Assembly (NCBI GenBank): GCA_043228905.1
Contig: JBHGNT010000011.1
Span: 3,968,001-4,032,000 of the forward strand
Direction: 5' to 3'
Source of the DNA: Azolla caroliniana
Lineage: Eukaryota > Plantae > Polypodiophyta
Length of the DNA stretch: 64,000 nt
The position numbers and the translations under genes are program-made. Below the pieces are notes generated by a model, which saw only the letters and a program-made list of their open reading frames with translations, was not told the origin of the DNA and did not search any database. This document shows, piece after piece, positions 1 to 10,709 of this stretch; the stretch's first letter is position 1; every line of letters starts with the position of its first letter.

Positions 1-1805
1 CTCTTAGATACTGGAGCCAATTCTTGTTTCATGGATAGAGATTTTGCCCAAAAACACCATATATCCTTGCATATACTTCCTTGTCCAGTTTCCGTAGTAG
101 TGATTGATGGACGTCCCATAGCTTCCGGGAAGATATTCGAAGAGTCTGAGCCAATACACATACTCTTAGGTGATTTACGATGTGTAGTTTCCTTTAACAT
201 AATCCGTAATCTTGAGCATCCAATTGTCCTCGGTTTGCCATGGTTCCAGCTACATAACCCCAGAATCAATTGGAGGAAGCAAGAAATTTGGTGCCCTTTA
301 GCAAAAAATATCATTGCCAAGGATCGAACTCAGGATTATTCTCTTAAAGAATATAGTTCTACCAATGCATCATCTTCTTTTGCATCAAATTTCAACCATC
401 ACATTGCAACAATTGTGCTAACTGGAACCTTTTCTTATTTGCAATATCAGGGACACCTTCTAGTGCCACTCAAGGGAATTTAGGCATCCAAATTCCCAAA
501 CAATATCAAGACCATGTTGATGTTTTTGACAAAGTCAAAGCTAGCGTTCTTCCAAAGCATCGGCCGTACGATTGTCCTATTGACCTCCAACCAGGAAAAG
601 AGTCACTGTGGGGTTCGATTTACAATTTGTCACCAACTGAGCTTGAGGTTGTTCGAGAATACATCGAGGAGAATCTTGCACATGGATTTATTCGACATTC
701 AAAGTCTCCAGCTGGTGTTCCTATCTTTTTTGTGAAGAAAAAGGACAGCTCCCTTCGTTTGATCGTGGACTATTGAGGCTTAAATAAAGTCACCATAAGG
801 AATAGGTATGCTCTACCTTTAATCTCTAGTCTTTTAGAGCGCATTGGTGGGGCAAAGCATTTTACCAAAATTGATCTAAGGGGTGCATATAATCTTGTTC
901 GAATTCGACTAGGAGATGAGTGGAAAACTGTATTTTGTACTCGGTATGGTCATTTCGAGTATACAGTCATGCCTTTCGGGCTTACAAATGAACCCACAGT
1001 TTTTCAACATATGGCAAATGACATTTTCCGGGATTTCTCGGATATCTTTCTCATCTCTACCTAGATGATGTGTTGATTTACTCTAAAACACAAGAGGAGC
1101 ATGATATACATGTGTGGAAAGTACTTGATCGCCTAAGAAAGTATGGTCTTTATGCCAAACTTGAGAAATGTAGTTTTGACTGCAAACATGTCGAATTTTT
1201 GGGATACACTATTTCATCCAAGGGTATTTTCATGGATCCGGCAAAAGTGCAAACAATATTGGAATGGCAACCCCCATGCTCATTTTGGGACGTCTAGTGT
1301 TTCCTACGATTTGCCAACTTCTATTGCAAATTCATACATAATTATTCAAGCATTGTGTTGCCCCTCACACAACTCACCAGGAAAAATCAAGCATTTTTTT
1401 GGAGTATCGAAGCGGACAAGGCTTTTACTCAATTGAAAGAGGCATTCACATCAGCACCTATTCTAGCGCATATTGATCCTGAAAAGCCATTTACTATTGA
1501 GGCAGATGCATCAAACTTCGCATTGGGGAGTATCCTATCGCAACCAAGCGAGGACGGGCAAACTCATCTAGTCGCATTTCACTCGAGAAAATTTACTGTT
1601 GCGGAGATAAACTATGAGGTGCATGACAAGGAGTTACTAGTTGTGGTCGACTCATTCGAGCAATGGCGACATTTCCTAGAAGGATCGCCTCATCAGATTA
1701 TCATTTATAGTGATCACAAAAATTCTCACATATTTTCAAATAGCTCGAGTATTAAATCTAGACAACAAGCTTAGTGGGCCCAATTTCTAACGCCTTTCGA
1801 TTTCG
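1..1805 (+). mobile_element. Degenerate Tcn1-like Ty3 chromovirus pol fragment (protease-RT-RNase H)
   Basis: LLDTGANSCFM protease motif at the window start, RT motifs ([20 protein letters not shown]), RNase H (EADASNFALG, EINYEVHDKELL); several stops and frameshifts; closely similar to the 39958-54010 element. Confidence 0.9.
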
Positions 1806-1807
1806 AA

Positions 1808-2008
1808 CCTATAAATAGGGGCATACATGCATTCTCAAATCAATTCGAATCAACACTAGTCTTTAGCTCTCATTACATACCTTGTATCCATTCTCATTCT
1901 TTTTCTATCTTAATACACCCATTCTTCTCTTAACATTTTGTTCCTTTCTTCTCGTGTTCTCTTATATCCTTCTTCCATCACTCTATCTTTTATTCTTGGT
2001 TTTGACAG
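1808..2008 (+). repeat. Partial diverged chromovirus LTR (R-U5 part)
   Basis: TATAAATA then a segment resembling the reverse complement of the 39958 LTR core, ending TGACA. Confidence 0.45.
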
Positions 2009-3708
2009 TTGAAGCTAAAGAGGATGAGGAGAAAACTCAATATTCTTATTTCTTGAAGAATAGATGCTAAAGAGGATAAAGTGAATAAAACTCAAACCTC
2101 AACCCTCTTAATATATTTGCTTCAATATATTCATTTAAACCACTTAAATGATAACACATTAATCATGTCGAGAATGTAATATGGCATAACGTACACCTCT
2201 CATATATGTGTTGGGAGGGAGATTCAAACTCTCAATCGCCGCTTCATAGGTGAAAGTTCTAGTTATGATAGATCATTCCCCTTTTTCTTGTTTCTATTAT
2301 CCTTCTCTCATGAAACTCTTATCCATTATATTCTCTGTTTTTCTCATTCTTATCCACTCTAATCATGACTGTCTTACCTTTCTACTCTATTCTTCTTCAC
2401 ACTCTTCCTCCTTAATTCTAGTACACGCTTCTTTAGTTCACTACTTGAGTGATTGGTTATTTCTTCGTTCATTTATTATTTTCTTCCCTAATTCCCACCT
2501 CCTTTTAAAGTGGTTTTTATAGGCTATTCACCATCCTCATTAGGGTGGTTAAGATGTTTCCTAGGCTTCTCTAAAAATTTCAAGATCTTTCTTTTAATAA
2601 TTATAAAAACAATCATGTTCAATTCTAGACCAATCATGTGATAAGATTACACATATGGCCTTAAATATATTGAGCCTATATTAAGTTGTAATAATGAAAT
2701 GGTTTTTGTTACTTTCAAATCAATCCTTTCTTAAATTGATCACCACTGTGCTTTTAATTCCACCAGTTTTACCTTGTGATTCTGTGAAGTACAAGTTCAT
2801 GCTATCGTTTATTGCTAATAGTAAGATGAACTCAATATTAAAAAGTATTTTGATTTTAGGAAAATTAGTAATTATCATGGAAAGTAAAGATATATGAAAG
2901 GAGGGAGAAGATGACCTTAATAATTTTTTTCCAATCATATGGTTTTTGTCTTGAGAGAGTCATATTGTCCATAATGAAAATGCTTTTATTAGCTTTTGGA
3001 TAGATCTAATATTAAAATTCAATTGAGATATTTCTTATTGTGTAAAAACCCAAGGAGGCCTACGATATTTAGGGATACTCGTATATGGATTATCTCAAGG
3101 CCAAAGATGTGGTTTTGAAACAAACTCGTCTAATTTAGATGCTCTTGATATGGGAGTATCTTTAAGACTTGCATGAATATGCTTCCAATGGAAGTTCTCT
3201 ATCCTCTTGAATATATGTATTTGATCAAATAAATACTATATCTTTAAATCCTTCCAATAATCTAATGTGTATCTTGTAAACATATTGGGTTCCATTGACC
3301 TCCCGTTGGATGCATCATGCATGCTTACATTGATCATCATTGTCATCAGTAAGAATCTCTACATCTACATAAATTAGACATCCAATAGTGTACTTCCTAT
3401 CAAAACTTTGTACTACATTTTGTCATCAAAACTTTGAACCTTTCATGCTCCATTTTCTCATCAAAATAGTATACCTACATTCGTCAACGTGCTTGTCACT
3501 AATTGTGTTTCTTTTGTATATCACTATGAGACAGTTTTTGCATCACTAAAAATCACATTTTTGCGCAGTTTAGTGATGCATTTTGATGTGGGTTTTAGCA
3601 ACATGACATCACCCTACAATGGTTAAAAAAACATTATAAATACAAAACCCTATAAACCTGTTACTCTTTCTATTGTGCTTTTGTGGAGTTGTGCGCCTCT
3701 TCCTATAT

Positions 3709-3710
3709 CC

Positions 3711-3751
<41 letters not shown>
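3709..3751. repeat. (CT)n microsatellite, left flank of LINE
   Basis: Direct reading. Confidence 0.95.
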
Positions 3752-3755
<4 letters not shown>

Positions 3756-6167
3756 GGTAAAAGCACACCATTATATTAATTGTATGTAAAATCCACTTAG
3801 TTACAACACTTCTTAGTCTCCTCTACCTATCATATGCCTATCTAGGGAGAGAGAATTCCTGTAATGCCATTAAAAAACCTGACTATGCATTTGAGGAAAT
3901 GAACCCCACATGCTCTAACATCCAAAAATTCCACATGAGAATAGTTTTCAGCTTCTTTATATAGGCTTTCACCCCATGTCTATTATCAAACATGAAAGCA
4001 TTACACATATTCCAATTGTGTTGTAGCCCCTAATAGCATAAAAATTGGAACAATATCTCCATCTCATCATTTGAACCATTTTGAACCTATTGAGAAAAAA
4101 CCCATTGTTGAGGTCTCAAACAACAACGGGTCAGAACTTGTCAAATGTCCGATAAGTACTTCCAAATGGTACACACTATAGGACATTTAATGAACCTATG
4201 TGTACTATCCTCCAATGGAACGGTGCAAAAGAAACAAGTCTTAGACCCTAGTCCTCGTCTCTTTAAGGCCGAACCTAATGGGAGCCCACCAATCATGACT
4301 TTCCATATGAATACCTTTGCACGAAATGGTAGATGGGAATGCCAAACACGTTGTAATATTTTCCACCACTTTGCATCTAATTTACATACATTCCACAACT
4401 TCGTTGCTTTACGAGATAGACAAGATAATGATGTCATTACATTATGATACAATAGATTTATAGTGACTTGTAACAAGCATGTACCATCTTGTAATCGCCA
4501 ATCCACCCAAGGTGCAACATTTGTTTTCAATGGCAAACATCCTTGCAACAATAGTATAACTTGTAATTTCTCCCAAATAAACCCATAGTTTGGGGGAATA
4601 CATAATCATCGCTTAGCATCTTCAAATTCTGACAACCTTTGAGATTCATGATCAACCACATCTTCCAAATGTACAATCCCCAATTGAAATACACGATTGA
4701 ATTGAGATCTGAACTTTTCTTTCCCATGCCAAAACAACACTCGAGAAGAAACACACAATTCATTTTGTAATGAATTACAAGATTCTCGATCACTTGATGG
4801 TCCCCATTCAAAAAGAGATAATGCATCTTGCCCTGATCTTACAAATGTTGTCCACATACAGAATGTTAAATCTTTAGAGGAATACTTCCATTGAGTAATG
4901 ACCACTAGGATGCTTGAATCTTTGTTTTCTCATGCACCAATCCTTCATGCTCATTAAAACATTGCATCATAGATATCCATGGTTGATCTTGTTGACATAT
5001 ATCTCGTAGTAAGCAAATCTACAAGCCATCAACTGCATTTCCAAATCCAATATTGCTGCACCACCTAACCTTTTAAGAGTAGCCAAATGGTCCCATGAAA
5101 TCCATGTAACTCCCATAATTTCTCCTTTCTGCCACAACATGAACCAAATAGGTTGTAACATGTTTTGTATTGCCTTCTTAGTTCAAGGTAGTAAAGGAAA
5201 AAAATATAATAACATGGGTATCAAGATACATTGCACCACCTTGAGTCGTACATGCAAGGGCCATAATTGAGACTTCCAATACATAAATTTCTCCTTCAAT
5301 TTACTACCAATCCAATCAATCAATTGAACATTTACAACATCAACGCCCAATGGATAACCCAAATGTCCATAAATTGATCTTCTTGTAATCATTGACCCTC
5401 GCCATGCCAAACATTCCAAATCATTCTTGATACAAGAAATAAGGCGAGACTTCCTCCAATTTATATGCAACCTTGAAACCAAAGCAAATTGATCCCAAAC
5501 TTGCAAACTCCTTTCAAGATTTTCTTTTGAGGCTTGTAAAAACATAAAAGAATCATTAGACAATGCTTGTGCCCTTAGTTGTCCACCTGAAGGAAGATAG
5601 AAACCCACAATATCACCACTAGCCGCATGATTTGACAACATTACTAACAATGGATGTGTAACAATAGCAAATAACAATGGGCTTAGTGGACATCCTTGTC
5701 GCATGGATCTAGTGAGAAACACTTTCGGAGTAACTCCGCCATTAAGCATCACATGTGAGGTTGCATTTTGCCCTAGAAAAAATATAAGTTGACACATACG
5801 AGGACCAAACCCCATATGAGGAAAAACCAATTAACATGATCGTATGTTGTTTCCAAATCTAATTGCACCATAACCATTTCTTGATGTGTATGTCGAGCAT
5901 AATCGGTAGCCATTTAAACATTCAAAACATTATGCAATATATTTCTACCCGTAATAAAATCATATTGAGATGGATGAAGAAGTTGAGGTAAGAATTTCTT
6001 AAGACTGTTGGACAATATCTTTGCAACACTTTGTACAACTCTCTCATCAATGAAATAGGACTCCATTGATGAAATGACTTTGGATATGGTACCTTTGATA
6101 TCAATTTGATTAAGCCCACCTTCCAACTCTCAGGCATGAAACCAGAATCCCAACATTGTTGAAACAT
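3752..6167 (-). mobile_element. 5'-truncated degenerate L1-type LINE ORF2 (RT plus zf-RVT C-terminus)
   Basis: Minus-strand ORFs with SWKVGLIKLISK, RQGCPLSPLLF, HLGYPLG, KRLGGAAI, KVFIWK..CFFC..EDSTHRFIKC; flanked on both sides by (CT)n. Confidence 0.88.
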
Positions 6168-6168
6168 T

Positions 6169-6192
6169 TCTCTCTCTCTCTCTCTCTCTCTC
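6169..6192. repeat. (TC)n microsatellite, right flank of LINE
   Basis: Direct reading. Confidence 0.95.
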
Positions 6193-8023
6193 GTGCTCTC
6201 TTTAACTATTTCACATTTGGGCTTTGCAACTCTCTTATGCTTGAGCTTTCCAAACCTCGTGCTCTTTGCGACTCTCTTATTCTGAAATTTTCAATTCTCA
6301 CATTCCCTGTCTCTCATTATAAATTTACAAAAAGATGGACAAAAAAACTTATGGTATATAGTCATATTGAAACCTTTTTAATGTGTTAAGATTGGCATTC
6401 CATGAATGTGAATGTGGATGATATGAGGATTCTGATTGATTTTCCTACATTTAAACATATAGATAATACATGGCCATATTTTAAGACCTTGCCAAGAAAC
6501 TTAAAACTAGGTGTAGGACTTTCAACCATTTGATTTGATCAATTTGTATTGTCATTATAATCAATTACAATCTACTACCATACCTAGGAATAAAAAAGGA
6601 ATGCTTGATGTTCTCGTTGTTAATCCCAAGAAAGAGATTAGTTATGAATTTAAATGTATTCTTAACACCTTTTATTGATGACTAATGAGGATTTTAGACA
6701 TGTATAGATGTCATTAATACATCTTCGAAAAAGGATAACAAGCCCTAGAACTCTGTGGTTTTCTAGCATGGACTAGTATTCATGACAACCCTACAAATTG
6801 GTTTTGTTCAGGTCCCATACAAAAGGCTATAAGGCACTCCAAACTTGACGGATGTTCAAGAATTGAATTCGATCATGTCAAACCCCAAATTGACAACAAC
6901 ACAAATGAACATGTTAGCACCAGGATGATCACAATAAATGAAGAGGAATGAGAGCATAACAATGATGGGTGAAGCCAATATAGTCCTCACTTCTAATGTG
7001 TATGAGATACATGAAAGCAAGCAAGGGCTAGATAATGATGAGGACACACAATTACAAATGTCACTTCAAATTACGGAGTTGGAGAAACAAGAATTAATTA
7101 AATTGAACTAAGACATCGACATATTAGTTTAAACATATTCGAATGAAGCCCCACATAGGAGAGTCCAAGAGGGAAGTAATCCAAGAATTTAGAAAGGTGG
7201 CTTGGATGCATATATCAAATTAAAAACAATATGGTATAAGATTGGATATTTAATATACTAATGTTGGAAGGGTGGGAAGGAGGTCTCTAGGTGATAGCAA
7301 CAAAAAATTTCTTTTACGAATTTCATTCTCCTAAGACTCCTTTTACTAAATAGTATATTATTATTCACTAATTGTTAAGCTTCTACAATTGGATTATTAT
7401 GAGAAAGAGCATGGATTGTAGCTTGCATAATCTTGATTGTGCAACAAGAGAGTTGAGATCTCCTTTGATACCATATTCTAGTAATAACATATTGTAAGAC
7501 TAATTAATTACATAGCACAAGCATGTAGAGTTACTTCTAGTGGATCCCATTAAAAAGGAGAGTGACTCTACTAGCTCATTTAACCTCATTTTGAAATGAT
7601 CCCACCTGTTAGACAAATCACATCAATGTTCTCATCAATCGTAAATCCTATTTTGAGAGAAAAAACATATATTTGTGTAGAAGTTGATGGTGTGTGATTT
7701 GATATGTAATTCATGGCTTCATGTTGTTCGATCCACATGGGAGGTCTGAGGTTGAGCCAAAAGTCGGTTCATTCCAAACTGAATTTTGGAATGCCTCACA
7801 TGAGTCATAATCAAAGAGAAAAGAAAAACCATCAAAGTCATTACATGTTATCTAGATTATAACTAATCTCGGGAGATACAAACCTTTAGTTGCACTCATC
7901 GTCTCAAGTCGATCTTGTGGAATCATTAACTCTAGCTCTTTTTTCATTAAATGTGCAAATAGCATTTGCAATTAATACGAAGCACCCACATAAGCAAAGA
8001 TTGTGATACAATGTTCTATGCTT

Positions 8024-8610
8024 TGTTAGGTAATAGGTCCCTCCGGATGGGAAGAGCATGAGTCGAAATCGGATGGATTCGATAAGTAAACATGGCTGAG
8101 GTTGAAAATCGATTTCTGAAAAATCAACAATGGATCGAAAATCGACTCGGTTGAAGCTGATTCGGGGGGATGTGGGGCTATATTTGTAAATAGCCTAGAT
8201 GTGCCCATTGAGGCTATATTTGTAAATAGTCTGCTATGTATATGAGTATATATACACTTACGACAAGTAGTTAGTGTGGAGAAATAATCATTATAGTTGT
8301 AACAAGTTATAGTGAGTAGTTGCCTAAGTAACTAGTAAGAGTGAGAGTGAGAGTAGTAACTCTGCCGCCGTCTATTAGACAAAGAAGGACTCAAAGGTTG
8401 TTGCCTCTGAGATCCTTATTGTATACCTTACCTTTATAGTGATTCAGTTCTTGGGGTTTGTGGACCCCCGTGGTTTTTCCGTTTTGGGTTTTCCATGTAA
8501 AACATTTTGTGTCTCTATTCTTTGATTTCTGCTTTTGTCTGTGTATTGTCGACTTGTTCTTTGCACCCTCATACGGAAGTGTGTAAACTGGTTGTGGCCG
8601 GCTACGGATG
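8024..8610 (+). mobile_element. Solo or truncated copia LTR
   Basis: Starts TGTTAGG..GGTCCCTCCGGATGGG like the LTRs at 28382 and (reverse) 57557; shares GAGGCTATA.TTGTAAATAG and CCCGTGGTTTTTCC motifs; 3' end approximate. Confidence 0.75.
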
Positions 8611-10709
8611 CATATTTGGTATACGTATGCATTGGTTGCATGTCGATGACAGACATTTGTATGTTCTATGCATATAATGTCTACATGCAAGTTTTTAAGT
8701 AGATGATGTTGTATGCATGTATGATTGTAGTCATGTGATTTCCCAATGTGTTCTTCTCACCTCACAACTTAGCTCAATTGTTCCCATTGATATATGCTTC
8801 CCTACATGAAGCTACCCGTCCATTCATCTAATCTCTTGATCATCATGTTGCGTGCATGACCACACATTTATGTTCAATGTCTTTATGTTTTCGGCACATC
8901 TCTACATATATTGCTCTGTTATGTCGCCCTTATAAGGTAACTTCTCGACCTTGTTCTTTTTCGTGATTTCGACACCACAACATGAAACTAAAGTATTGGG
9001 AGCCTTATTGAATGGGGAGTCTTATTGTTCAAGAGTACAAAATTTCTTTTATGGGTCTCTCTTTTTATTCTACATTTGCCCATAGTTTTCACACATCGTA
9101 AATTTAGACAATGGTAATATTGTAGTTAAGAGTGGCTAAGTAGGGAGACGTGGAAACAATAAGAAGGTGGTGGGAGACAAAAGACACTTATAATTATTAG
9201 GCCACCTTTGTCGGTGACCATAGTATGAGGGAAGCTTCTTTTTGTACACTCTAAATGATAAAAGGAAGGAGGTCATGGCCCATGGGGGAAATATGATTGG
9301 GGTTCAATCATAAGATAAGAGGCATTTAATATTTGTAGACCATAACTTATCAGAGGAAGAAGATGAAATCATGGGGCTATATATATATATATATATATAT
9401 ATGAGGTATTCAATCATAAGAAGAAGGAATGATGGGGGTGTGATGGATTCATAGATAGATGGAATTCAATTCACAAGTACTGGTGGAGCAACCCTTAATT
9501 CGTGGAAGAAGACATGGGATGGGTGTGATTGAATTGAATTCCCCATTCTAGAGGACCTCACGCACATACATATACACCACATTTATGTATGCATGTAAAT
9601 ATACCTCCATGCAGTTCTTAAATGGGATTACAGAAAACTCAATTGATTTTGGGTCCAAATCAATGCGGCGTTACATGCAGTAATTTAATTGATTCATAAC
9701 TCAGGCCATTGATTTTGCTTCCCGACATTATGCGGTTGTGTTAATACATAAAATGTCTAATAAGAGATATACATATATCTATATATGTATGTATGTTATG
9801 TATACATATATGTATGTATGTTAAATGTATGTTAAATGTATGTATATGGAGGAGTGAGGAGAAGGGCGGGCCTTTTGAGAATCGATCCCCGCCCCCAAAA
9901 AACAGACACGAAAACACAAACAAAAAGAGCAGAAAACAGGAAATGAAGTCAGAAATAACGAGTGGATAAATCCAATGGATGCTTCTTCTTCTACTTTTTT
10001 CTTCTCTTTTTTTCTAATAATAGGAATAAGAATAAAAAACAAAAAAAAAACATTAGGTAATGACGTCATAATTTGCATGGCTGTGGAAAATCGGGCATTT
10101 TTTTTAACAGCAAACCCGTGATTTTCTCCGACGCGAGAAAAATATGAACCGGAGATAATGAAATTATGAAAAAATCGAAAAAGCAAAAAGCAAAAAGCAG
10201 AAAGCAGAAGAAGAAGAAGAAGAAGGAAGAAGGAAGAATGAGAATGAGAATGTGAAGGAAAGAGAGTGACTGTCGGCAGCAGCAGAGCATTTAATGCAAG
10301 AGATTCGGCCCCGACCACGACACCTTAAATAAATAAATAACTAATTAATTAATGAGTTAATCAATAATAATAATATGTCAGTTCATTAGTTCTACTAAAG
10401 AGTCGGCAATAATTAGGAGCCCCACAATTTTGTTAAAACTTTAAATAGAATTAAACTCAATAAATAAAGAGGATTTATATATATATATATATATATATAT
10501 AATTCTTCGTTCTCGTTCTCGTTCTTCTTCTTCTTCTTCTTCTTCACAAAATTAATAATCATCATCATCAGAAGAAGAAGAAGCTTGCCTCTGTCTCTGT
10601 CTCTGTCTCTGATCGTATTTATTCTTTCCTTCATTATCCTTCTGATTGGCCATATCCATCCATTCAGTTCAGTTGTTGGTTCCTACATTTCATTTAATTC
10701 CTGCTAGCG

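Noticed and set aside
9741-10634. Short minus-strand ORFs upstream of the RING gene
   Set aside because: Translations of microsatellites and A/T runs
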